NCBI GenBank assembly: GCA_964057225.1
Contig: OZ059899.1
Coordinates: 2,046,001 to 2,110,000, forward strand
Source: Auanema rhodensis
Lineage: Eukaryota > Animalia > Nematoda
Direction: 5' to 3'
Length of the DNA: 64,000 nt
The notes under the pieces were generated by a model, which worked only from the letters and a program-made list of their open reading frames with translations, was not told where the DNA came from and did not search any database. This document shows positions 1 to 12,300 of this stretch, piece by piece (position 1 is the first letter of the stretch; each line of letters starts with the position of its first letter). A program made the position numbers and the translations under genes.

Positions 1-22
1 TGTCAAAATGTTTTTGGAAGCA

Positions 23-50
23 ATGTTGAGTGTACATGGAAACTCAACAT
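23..50. repeat. Inverted repeat 1 (every monomer): 9-bp stem, 10-nt loop
   Basis: ATGTTGAGT (23-31) is the exact reverse complement of ACTCAACAT (42-50). The palindrome TGTACA lies at 31-36. Confidence 0.9.
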
Positions 51-124
51 ACACTAATGCATCATTTTTCAAACGATCATAACTAATTTTTGTATCAAGC
101 GTTTCTCAACGTAGTATAGTGCAT

Positions 125-191
125 TCGATGCGGATTTTTAAGCTGCGTCGATCTGTGTTATCAGATTTGCGCTAGCTTAAAAATGCACCGA
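125..191. repeat. Inverted repeat 2 (every monomer): 67-nt imperfect long hairpin
   Basis: Pairings are TCG125-127/CGA189-191, TGC129-131/GCA185-187, a perfect 11-bp ATTTTTAAGCT134-144/AGCTTAAAAAT174-184, GCG145-147/CGC170-172 and ATCTG151-155/CAGAT162-166. The loop is TGTTAT. Confidence 0.88.
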
Positions 192-201
192 GATATCAAC
201 T

Positions 202-223
202 GATATAAGTTCACACTTATATC
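202..223. repeat. Inverted repeat 3 (every monomer): 9-bp stem, 4-nt loop
   Basis: GATATAAGT (202-210), loop TCAC, ACTTATATC (215-223). The arms are perfect reverse complements. Confidence 0.92.
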
Positions 224-300
224 CTCGATTTTCACCCTGAAGAATTGATTTTTTCGTTGAATAACATTGTCTATCGTCTTTGCCTTGAAAAATGGAATCT

Positions 301-366
301 AAAAACATCTACTTTTTGCTAAATTATTTTGAAATTTTTCGAAAAAATTTTTGTCAAAATGTTTTT
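301..366. repeat. Inverted repeat 4: A/T-rich palindrome spanning the monomer junction
   Basis: A perfect TTTTTCGAAAAA (335-346) is flanked by ATTTTGA326-332/TCAAAAT354-360. An alternative, partly overlapping outer pairing is AAAAACAT301-308/ATGTTTTT359-366. Confidence 0.8.
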
Positions 367-3300
367 GGAAGCAATGTTGAGTGTACATGGAAACTCAACA
401 TACACTAATGCATCATTTTTCAAACAATCATAACTAATTTGTGTATTAAGCGTTTCTCAATGTAGTATAGTGCATTCGATGCGGATTTTTAAGCTGCGTC
501 GATCTGTGTTATCAGATTTGCGCTAGCTTAAAAATGCACCGAGATATCAACTGATATAAGTTCACACTTATATCCTCGATTTTCACCCTGAAGAATTGAT
601 TTTTTCGTTGAATAACATTGTCTATCGTCTTTGCCTTGAAAAATAGAATCTAAAAACATCTACTTTTTGCTAAATTATTTTGAAATTTTTCGAAAAAATT
701 TTTGTCAAAATGTTTTTGGAAGCAATGTTGAGTGTACATGGAAACTCAACATACACTAATGCATCATTTTTCAAACAATCATAACTAATTTGTGTATCAA
801 GCGTTTCTCAATGTAGTATAGTGCATTCGATGCGGATTTTTAAGCTGCGTCGATCTGTGTTATCAGATTTGCGCTAGCTTAAAAATGCACCGAGATATCA
901 ACTGATATAAGTTCACACTTATATCCTCGATTTTCACCCTGAAGAATTAATTTTTTCGTTGAATAACATTGTCCATCGTCTTTGCCTTGAAAAATGGAAT
1001 CTTAAAACATCTACTTTTTGCTAAATTATTTTGAAATTTTTCGAAAAAATTTTTGTCAAAATGTTTTTGGAAGCAATGTTGAGTGTACATGGAAACTCAA
1101 CATACACTAATGCATCATTTTTCAAACAATCATAACTAATTTGTGTATCAAGCGTTTCTCAATGTAGTATAGTGCATTCGATGCGGATTTTTAAGCTGCG
1201 TCGATCTGTGTTATCAGATTTGCGCTAGCTTAAAAATGCACCGAGATATCAACTGATATAAGTTCACACTTATATCCTCGATTTTCACCCTGAAGAATTG
1301 ATTTTTTCGTTGAATAACATTGTCCATCGTCTTTGCCTTGAAAAATGAAATCTAAAAACATCTACTTTTTGCTAAATTATTTTGAAATTTTTCGAAAAAA
1401 TTTTTGTCAAAATGTTTTTGGAAGCAATGTTAAGTGTACATGGAAACTCAACATACACTAATGCATCATTTTTCAAACGATCATAACTAATTTTTGTATT
1501 GAGCGTTTCTCAATGTAGTATAGTGCATTCGATGCGGATTTTTAAGCTGCGTCGATCTGTGTTATCAGATTTGCGCTAGCTTACAAATGCACCGAGATAT
1601 CAACTGATATAAGTTCACACTTATATCCTCGATTTTCACCCTGAAGAATTAATTTTTTCGTTGAATAACATTGTCCATCGTCTTTGCCTTGAAAAATGAA
1701 ATCTAAAAACATTTACTTTTTGCTAAATTATTTTGAAATTTTTCGAAAAAATTTTTGTCAAAATGTTTTTGGAAGCAATGTTGAGTGTACATGGAAACTC
1801 AACATACACTAATGCATCATTTTTCAAACAATCATAACTAATTTGTGTATCAAGCGTGTCTCAATGTAGTATAGTGCATTCGATGCGGATTTTTAAGCTG
1901 CGTCGATCTGTGTTATCAGATTTGCGCTAGCTTAAAAATGCACCGAGATATCAACTGATATAAGTTCACACTTATATCCTCGATTTTCACCCTGAAGAAT
2001 TGATTTTTTCGTTGAATAACATTGTCCATCGTCTTTGCCTTGAAAAATGAAATCTAAAAACATCTACTTTTTGCTAAATTATTTTGAAATTTTTCGAAAA
2101 AATTTTTGTCAAAATGTTTTTGGAAGCAATGTTAAGTGTACATGGAAACTCAACATACACTAATGCATCATTTTTCAAACGATCATAACTAATTTTTGTA
2201 TTGAGCGTTTCTCAATGTAGTATAGTGCATTCGATGCGGATTTTTAAGCTGCGTCGATCTGTGTTATCAGATTTGCGCTAGCTTACAAATGCACCGAGAT
2301 ATCAACTGATATAAGTTCACACTTATATCCTCGATTTTCACCCTGAAGAATTAATTTTTTCGTTGAATAACATTGTCCATCGTCTTTGCCTTGAAAAATG
2401 AAATCTAAAAACATTTACTTTTTGCTAAATTATTTTGAAATTTTTCGAAAAAATTTTTGTCAAAATGTTTTTGGAAGCAATGTTGAGTGTACATGGAAAC
2501 TCAACATACACTAATGCATCATTTTTCAAACGATCATAACTAATTTTTGTATCAAGCGTTTCTCAACGTAGTATAGTGCATTCGATGCGGATTTTTAAGC
2601 TGCGTCGATCTGTGTTATCAGATTTGCGCTAGCTTAAAAATGCACCGAGATATCAACTGATATAAGTTCACACTTATATCCTCGATTTTCACCCTGAAGA
2701 ATTGATTTTTTCGTTGAATAACATTGTCCATCGTCTTTGCCTTGAAAAATGGAATCTAAAAACATCTACTTTTTGCTAAATTATTTTGAAATTTTTCGAA
2801 AAAATTTTTGTCAAAATGTTTTTGGAAGCAATGTTAAGTGTACATGGAAACTCAACATACACTAATGCATCATTTTTCAAACGATCATAACTAATTTTTG
2901 TATTGAGCGTTTCTCAATGTAGTATAGTGCATTCGATGCGGATTTTTAAGCTGCGTCGATCTGTGTTATCAGATTTGCGCTAGCTTACAAATGCACCGAG
3001 ATATCAACTGATATAAGTTCACACTTATATCCTCGATTTTCACCCTGAAGAATTAATTTTTTCGTTGAATAACATTGTCCATCGTCTTTGCCTTGAAAAA
3101 TGAAATCTAAAAACATTTACTTTTTGCTAAATTATTTTGAAATTTTTCGAAAAAATTTTTGTCAAAATGTTTTTGGAAGCAATGTTGAGTGTACATGGAA
3201 ACTCAACATACACTAATGCATCATTTTTCAAACGATCATAACTAATTTTTGTATCAAGCGTTTCTCAACGTAGTATAGTGCATTCGATGCGGATTTTTAA

Positions 3301-6300
3301 GCTGCGTCGATCTGTGTTATCAGATTTGCGCTAGCTTAAAAATGCACCGAGATATCAACTGATATAAGTTCACACTTATATCCTCGATTTTCACCCTGAA
3401 GAATTGATTTTTTCGTTGAATAACATTGTCCATCGTCTTTGCCTTGAAAAATGGAATCTAAAAACATCTACTTTTTGCTAAATTATTTTGAAATTTTTCG
3501 AAAAAATTTTTGTCAAAATGTTTTTGGAAGCAATGTTGAGTGTACATGGAAACTCAACATACACTAATGCATCATTTTTCAAACAATCATAACTAATTTG
3601 TGTATTAAGCGTTTCTCAATGTAGTATAGTGCATTCGATGCGGATTTTTAAGCTGCGTCGATCTGTGTTATCAGATTTGCGCTAGCTTAAAAATGCACCG
3701 AGATATCAACTGATATAAGTTCACACTTATATCCTCGATTTTCACCCTGAAGAATTGATTTTTTCGTTGAATAACATTGTCCATCGTCTTTGCTTTGAAA
3801 AATGAAATCTAAAAACATCTACTTTTTGCTAAATTATTTTGAAATTTTTCGAAAAAATTTTTGTCAAAATGTTTTTGGAAGCAATGTTGAGTGTACATGG
3901 AAACTCAACATACACTAATGCATCATTTTTCAAACAATCATAACTAATTTGTGTATTAAGCGTTTCTCAATGTAGTATAGTGCATTCGATGCGGATTTTT
4001 AAGCTGCGTCGATCTGTGTTATCAGATTTGCGCTAGCTTAAAAATGCACCGAGATATCAACTGATATAAGTTCACACTTATATCCTCGATTTTCACCCTG
4101 AAGAATTGATTTTTTCGTTGAATAACATTGTCCATCGTCTTTGCCTTGAAAAATGGAATCTAAAAACATCTACTTTTTGCTAAATTATTTTGAAATTTTT
4201 CGAAAAAATTTTTGTCAAAATGTTTTTGGAAGCAATGTTGAGTGTACATGGAAACTCAACATACACTAATGCATCATTTTTCAAACAATCATAACTAATT
4301 TGTGTATTAAGCGTTTCTCAATGTAGTATAGTGCATTCGATGCGGATTTTTAAGCTGCGTCGATCTGTGTTATCAGATTTGCGCTAGCTTAAAAATGCAC
4401 CGAGATATCAACTGATATAAGTTCACACTTATATCCTCGATTTTCACCCTGAAGAATTAATTTTTTCGTTGAATAACATTGTCCATCGTCTTTGCCTTGA
4501 AAAATGGAATCTAAAAACATCTACTTTTTGCTAAATTATTTTGAAATTTTTCGAAAAAATTTTTGTCAAAATGTTTTTGGAAGCAATGTTGAGTGTACAT
4601 GGAAACTCAACATACACTAATGCATCATTTTTCAAACAATCATAACTAATTTGTGTATTAAGCGTTTCTCAATGTAGTATAGTGCATTCGATGCGGATTT
4701 TTAAGCTGCGTCGATCTGTGTTATCAGATTTGCGCTAGCTTAAAAATGCACCGAGATATCAACTGATATAAGTTCACACTTATATCCTCGATTTTCACCC
4801 TGAAGAATTGATTTTTTCGTTGAATAACATTGTCCATCGTCTTTGCTTTGAAAAATGAAATCTAAAAACATCTACTTTTTGCTAAATTATTTTGAAATTT
4901 TTCGAAAAAATTTTTGTCAAAATGTTTTTGGAAGCAATGTTGAGTGTACATGGAAACTCAACATACACTAATGCATCATTTTTCAAACGATCATAACTAA
5001 TTTTTGTATCAAGCGTTTCTCAACGTAGTATAGTGCATTCGATGCGGATTTTTAAGCTGCGTCGATCTGTGTTATCAGATTTGCGCTAGCTTAAAAATGC
5101 ACCGAGATATCAACTGATATAAGTTCACACTTATATCCTCGATTTTCACCCTGAAGAATTGATTTTTTCGTTGAATAACATTGTCTATCGTCTTTGCCTT
5201 GAAAAATGGAATCTAAAAACATCTACTTTTTGCTAAATTATTTTGAATATTTTCGAAAAAATTTTTGTCAAAATGTTTTTGGAAGCAATGTTGAGTGTAC
5301 ATGGAAACTCAACATACACTAATGCATCATTTTTCAAACAATCATAACTAATTTGTGTATTAAGCGTTTCTCAATGTAGTATAGTGCATTCGATGCGGAT
5401 TTTTAAGCTGCGTCGATCTGTGTTATCAGATTTGCGCTAGCTTAAAAATGCACCGAGATATCAACTGATATAAGTTCACACTTATATCCTCGATTTTCAC
5501 CCTGAAGAATTGATTTTTTCGTTGAATAACATTGTCTATCGTCTTTGCCTTGAAAAATAGAATCTAAAAACATCTACTTTTTGCTAAATTATTTTGAAAT
5601 TTTTCGAAAAAATTTTTGTCAAAATGTTTTTGGAAGCAATGTTGAGTGTACATGGAAACTCAACATACACTAATGCATCATTTTTCAAACAATCATAACT
5701 AATTTGTGTATCAAGCGTTTCTCAATGTAGTATAGTGCATTCGATGCGGATTTTTAAGCTGCGTCGATCTGTGTTATCAGATTTGCGCTAGCTTAAAAAT
5801 GCACCGAGATATCAACTGATATAAGTTCACACTTATATCCTCGATTTTCACCCTGAAGAATTAATTTTTTCGTTGAATAACATTGTCCATCGTCTTTGCC
5901 TTGAAAAATGGAATCTTAAAACATCTACTTTTTGCTAAATTATTTTGAAATTTTTCGAAAAAATTTTTGTCAAAATGTTTTTGGAAGCAATGTTGAGTGT
6001 ACATGGAAACTCAACATACACTAATGCATCATTTTTCAAACAATCATAACTAATTTGTGTATCAAGCGTTTCTCAATGTAGTATAGTGCATTCGATGCGG
6101 ATTTTTAAGCTGCGTCGATCTGTGTTATCAGATTTGCGCTAGCTTAAAAATGCACCGAGATATCAACTGATATAAGTTCACACTTATATCCTCGATTTTC
6201 ACCCTGAAGAATTGATTTTTTCGTTGAATAACATTGTCCATCGTCTTTGCCTTGAAAAATGAAATCTAAAAACATCTACTTTTTGCTAAATTATTTTGAA

Positions 6301-9300
6301 ATTTTTCGAAAAAATTTTTGTCAAAATGTTTTTGGAAGCAATGTTAAGTGTACATGGAAACTCAACATACACTAATGCATCATTTTTCAAACGATCATAA
6401 CTAATTTTTGTATTGAGCGTTTCTCAATGTAGTATAGTGCATTCGATGCGGATTTTTAAGCTGCGTCGATCTGTGTTATCAGATTTGCGCTAGCTTACAA
6501 ATGCACCGAGATATCAACTGATATAAGTTCACACTTATATCCTCGATTTTCACCCTGAAGAATTAATTTTTTCGTTGAATAACATTGTCCATCGTCTTTG
6601 CCTTGAAAAATGAAATCTAAAAACATTTACTTTTTGCTAAATTATTTTGAAATTTTTCGAAAAAATTTTTGTCAAAATGTTTTTGGAAGCAATGTTGAGT
6701 GTACATGGAAACTCAACATACACTAATGCATCATTTTTCAAACAATCATAACTAATTTGTGTATCAAGCGTGTCTCAATGTAGTATAGTGCATTCGATGC
6801 GGATTTTTAAGCTGCGTCGATCTGTGTTATCAGATTTGCGCTAGCTTAAAAATGCACCGAGATATCAACTGATATAAGTTCACACTTATATCCTCGATTT
6901 TCACCCTGAAGAATTGATTTTTTCGTTGAATAACATTGTCCATCGTCTTTGCCTTGAAAAATGAAATCTAAAAACATCTACTTTTTGCTAAATTATTTTG
7001 AAATTTTTCGAAAAAATTTTTGTCAAAATGTTTTTGGAAGCAATGTTAAGTGTACATGGAAACTCAACATACACTAATGCATCATTTTTCAAACGATCAT
7101 AACTAATTTTTGTATTGAGCGTTTCTCAATGTAGTATAGTGCATTCGATGCGGATTTTTAAGCTGCGTCGATCTGTGTTATCAGATTTGCGCTAGCTTAC
7201 AAATGCACCGAGATATCAACTGATATAAGTTCACACTTATATCCTCGATTTTCACCCTGAAGAATTAATTTTTTCGTTGAATAACATTGTCCATCGTCTT
7301 TGCCTTGAAAAATGAAATCTAAAAACATTTACTTTTTGCTAAATTATTTTGAAATTTTTCGAAAAAATTTTTGTCAAAATGTTTTTGGAAGCAATGTTGA
7401 GTGTACATGGAAACTCAACATACACTAATGCATCATTTTTCAAACGATCATAACTAATTTTTGTATCAAGCGTTTCTCAACGTAGTATAGTGCATTCGAT
7501 GCGGATTTTTAAGCTGCGTCGATCTGTGTTATCAGATTTGCGCTAGCTTAAAAATGCACCGAGATATCAACTGATATAAGTTCACACTTATATCCTCGAT
7601 TTTCACCCTGAAGAATTGATTTTTTCGTTGAATAACATTGTCCATCGTCTTTGCCTTGAAAAATGGAATCTAAAAACATCTACTTTTTGCTAAATTATTT
7701 TGAAATTTTTCGAAAAAATTTTTGTCAAAATGTTTTTGGAAGCAATGTTGAGTGTACATGGAAACTCAACATACACTAATGCATCATTTTTCAAACAATC
7801 ATAACTAATTTGTGTATTAAGCGTTTCTCAATGTAGTATAGTGCATTCGATGCGGATTTTTAAGCTGCGTCGATCTGTGTTATCAGATTTGCGCTAGCTT
7901 AAAAATGCACCGAGATATCAACTGATATAAGTTCACACTTATATCCTCGATTTTCACCCTGAAGAATTGATTTTTTCGTTGAATAACATTGTCTATCGTC
8001 TTTGCCTTGAAAAATAGAATCTAAAAACATCTACTTTTTGCTAAATTATTTTGAAATTTTTCGAAAAAATTTTTGTCAAAATGTTTTTGGAAGCAATGTT
8101 GAGTGTACATGGAAACTCAACATACACTAATGCATCATTTTTCAAACAATCATAACTAATTTGTGTATCAAGCGTTTCTCAATGTAGTATAGTGCATTCG
8201 ATGCGGATTTTTAAGCTGCGTCGATCTGTGTTATCAGATTTGCGCTAGCTTAAAAATGCACCGAGATATCAACTGATATAAGTTCACACTTATATCCTCG
8301 ATTTTCACCCTGAAGAATTAATTTTTTCGTTGAATAACATTGTCCATCGTCTTTGCCTTGAAAAATGGAATCTTAAAACATCTACTTTTTGCTAAATTAT
8401 TTTGAAATTTTTCGAAAAAATTTTTGTCAAAATGTTTTTGGAAGCAATGTTGAGTGTACATGGAAACTCAACATACACTAATGCATCATTTTTCAAACAA
8501 TCATAACTAATTTGTGTATCAAGCGTTTCTCAATGTAGTATAGTGCATTCGATGCGGATTTTTAAGCTGCGTCGATTTGTGTTATCAGATTTGCGCTAGC
8601 TTAAAAATGCACCGAGATATCAACTGATATAAGTTCACACTTATATCCTCGATTTTCACCCTGAAGAATTGATTTTTTCGTTGAATAACATTGTCCATCG
8701 TCTTTGCTTTGAAAAATGAAATCTAAAAACATCTACTTTTTGCTAAATTATTTTGAAATTTTTCGAAAAAATTTTTGTCAAAATGTTTTTGGAAGCAATG
8801 TTGAGTGTACATGGAAACTCAACATACACTAATGCATCATTTTTCAAACAATCATAACTAATTTGTGTATCAAGCGTTTCTCAATGTAGTATAGTGCATT
8901 CGATGCGGATTTTTAAGCTGCGTCGATCTGTGTTATCAGATTTGCGCTAGCTTAAAAATGCACCGAGATATCAACTGATATAAGTTCACACTTATATCCT
9001 CGATTTTCACCCTGAAGAATTAATTTTTTCGTTGAATAACATTGTCCATCGTCTTTGCCTTGAAAAATGGAATCTTAAAACATCTACTTTTTGCTAAATT
9101 ATTTTGAAATTTTTCGAAAAAATTTTTGTCAAAATGTTTTTGGAAGCAATGTTGAGTGTACATGGAAACTCAACATACACTAATGCATCATTTTTCAAAC
9201 AATCATAACTAATTTGTGTATCAAGCGTTTCTCAATGTAGTATAGTGCATTCGATGCGGATTTTTAAGCTGCGTCGATCTGTGTTATCAGATTTGCGCTA

Positions 9301-12300
9301 GCTTAAAAATGCACCGAGATATCAACTGATATAAGTTCACACTTATATCCTCGATTTTCACCCTGAAGAATTAATTTTTTCGTTGAATAACATTGTCCAT
9401 CGTCTTTGCCTTGAAAAATGGAATCTTAAAACATCTACTTTTTGCTAAATTATTTTGAAATTTTTCGAAAAAATTTTTGTCAAAATGTTTTTGGAAGCAA
9501 TGTTGAGTGTACATGGAAACTCAACATACACTAATGCATCATTTTTCAAACAATCATAACTAATTTGTGTATCAAGCGTTTCTCAATGTAGTATAGTGCA
9601 TTCGATGCGGATTTTTAAGCTGCGTCGATCTGTGTTATCAGATTTGCGCTAGCTTAAAAATGCACCGAGATATCAACTGATATAAGTTCACACTTATATC
9701 CTCGATTTTCACCCTGAAGAATTGATTTTTTCGTTGAATAACATTGTCCATCGTCTTTGCTTTGAAAAATGAAATCTAAAAACATCTACTTTTTGCTAAA
9801 TTATTTTGAAATTTTTCGAAAAAATTTTTGTCAAAATGTTTTTGGAAGCAATGTTGAGTGTACATGGAAACTCAACATACACTAATGCATCATTTTTCAA
9901 ACGATCATAACTAATTTTTGTATCAAGCGTTTCTCAACGTAGTATAGTGCATTCGATGCGGATTTTTAAGCTGCGTCGATCTGTGTTATCAGATTTGCGC
10001 TAGCTTAAAAATGCACCGAGATATCAACTGATATAAGTTCACACTTATATCCTCGATTTTCACCCTGAAGAATTAATTTTTTCGTTGAATAACATTGTCC
10101 ATCGTCTTTGCCTTGAAAAATGGAATCTTAAAACATCTACTTTTTGCTAAATTATTTTGAAATTTTTCGAAAAAATTTTTGTCAAAATGTTTTTGGAAGC
10201 AATGTTGAGTGTACATGGAAACTCAACATACACTAATGCATCATTTTTCAAACAATCATAACTAATTTGTGTATCAAGCGTTTCTCAATGTAGTATAGTG
10301 CATTCGATGCGGATTTTTAAGCTGCGTCGATCTGTGTTATCAGATTTGCGCTAGCTTAAAAATGCACCGAGATATCAACTGATATAAGTTCACACTTATA
10401 TCCTCGATTTTCACCCTGAAGAATTGATTTTTTCGTTGAATAACATTGTCCATCGTCTTTGCTTTGAAAAATGAAATCTAAAAACATCTACTTTTTGCTA
10501 AATTATTTTGAAATTTTTCGAAAAAATTTTTGTCAAAATGTTTTTGGAAGCAATGTTGAGTGTACATGGAAACTCAACATACACTAATGCATCATTTTTC
10601 AAACGATCATAACTAATTTTTGTATCAAGCGTTTCTCAACGTAGTATAGTGCATTCGATGCGGATTTTTAAGCTGCGTCGATCTGTGTTATCAGATTTGC
10701 GCTAGCTTAAAAATGCACCGAGATATCAACTGATATAAGTTCACACTTATATCCTCGATTTTCACCCTGAAGAATTAATTTTTTCGTTGAATAACATTGT
10801 CCATCGTCTTTGCCTTGAAAAATGGAATCTTAAAACATCTACTTTTTGCTAAATTATTTTGAAATTTTTCGAAAAAATTTTTGTCAAAATGTTTTTGGAA
10901 GCAATGTTGAGTGTACATGGAAACTCAACATACACTAATGCATCATTTTTCAAACAATCATAACTAATTTGTGTATCAAGCGTTTCTCAATGTAGTATAG
11001 TGCATTCGATGCGGATTTTTAAGCTGCGTCGATCTGTGTTATCAGATTTGCGCTAGCTTAAAAATGCACCGAGATATCAACTGATATAAGTTCACACTTA
11101 TATCCTCGATTTTCACCCTGAAGAATTGATTTTTTTGTTGAATAACATTGTCCATCGTCTTTGCCTTGAAAAATGAAATCTAAAAACATCTACTTTTTGC
11201 TAAATTATTTTGAAATTTTTCGAAAAAATTTTTGTCAAAATGTTTTTGGAAGCAATGTTAAGTGTACATGGAAACTCAACATACACTAATGCATCATTTT
11301 TCAAACGATCATAACTAATTTTTGTATTGAGCGTTTCTCAATGTAGTATAGTGCATTCGATGCGGATTTTTAAGCTGCGTCGATCTGTGTTATCAGATTT
11401 GCGCTAGCTTACAAATGCACCGAGATATCAACTGATATAAGTTCACACTTATATCCTCGATTTTCACCCTGAAGAATTAATTTTTTCGTTGAATAACATT
11501 GTCCATCGTCTTTGCCTTGAAAAATGAAATCTAAAAACATTTACTTTTTGCTAAATTATTTTGAAATTTTTCGAAAAAATTTTTGTCAAAATGTTTTTGG
11601 AAGCAATGTTGAGTGTACATGGAAACTCAACATACACTAATGCATCATTTTTCAAACAATCATAACTAATTTGTGTATCAAGCGTGTCTCAATGTAGTAT
11701 AGTGCATTCGATGCGGATTTTTAAGCTGCGTCGATCTGTGTTATCAGATTTGCGCTAGCTTAAAAATGCACCGAGATATCAACTGATATAAGTTCACACT
11801 TATATCCTCGATTTTCACCCTGAAGAATTGATTTTTTCGTTGAATAACATTGTCCATCGTCTTTGCCTTGAAAAATGAAATCTAAAAACATCTACTTTTT
11901 GCTAAATTATTTTGAAATTTTTCGAAAAAATTTTTGTCAAAATGTTTTTGGAAGCAATGTTAAGTGTACATGGAAACTCAACATACACTAATGCATCATT
12001 TTTCAAACGATCATAACTAATTTTTGTATTGAGCGTTTCTCAATGTAGTATAGTGCATTCGATGCGGATTTTTAAGCTGCGTCGATCTGTGTTATCAGAT
12101 TTGCGCTAGCTTACAAATGCACCGAGATATCAACTGATATAAGTTCACACTTATATCCTCGATTTTCACCCTGAAGAATTAATTTTTTCGTTGAATAACA
12201 TTGTCCATCGTCTTTGCCTTGAAAAATGAAATCTAAAAACATTTACTTTTTGCTAAATTATTTTGAAATTTTTCGAAAAAATTTTTGTCAAAATGTTTTT

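Larger units (their letters stand above)
1..351. repeat. Representative satellite monomer (phase chosen arbitrarily at window start)
   Basis: Positions 1-351 align without gaps to 352-702, with about 5 substitutions (monomer positions 75, 90, 96, 110, 294). Confidence 0.98.

Noticed and set aside
202-223. Rho-independent terminator
   Set aside because: The stem is AT-rich with no adjacent U-tract and no upstream gene, and the context is satellite DNA.
252-268. CENP-B box-like TTTCGTTGAATAACATT
   Set aside because: It matches TTCG....A but lacks the essential CGGG, so only 5 of 9 required positions are present.
237-290. Hammerhead ribozyme or retrozyme-type satellite (CTGAAGA matches CUGANGA, GAAA downstream, monomer size similar)
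   Set aside because: No stem II pairing between CTGAAGA and the next GAAA, and no convincing stems I and III. The CTGAACA variant that destroys the core is common in the right domain. An Infernal/Rfam scan would be decisive.
1-351. Tandem 5S rRNA, tRNA, snRNA or SL-RNA gene unit
   Set aside because: No recognisable 5S, tRNA cloverleaf/B-box or spliced-leader sequence was seen on either strand.
1-351. Assignment to a named family (Drosophila 359-bp 1.688, Tribolium ~350-360-bp satellites, alphoid dimer)
   Set aside because: Only length and AT-richness are similar. I cannot recognise sequence identity without a database search.
292-408. 38-codon ORF MESKNIYFLLNYFEIFRKNFCQNVFGSNVECTWKLNIH across the junction
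   Set aside because: It is short, has no recognisable motif, and its ATG is frequently mutated (ATA, AAG, ATT). It is expected by chance.
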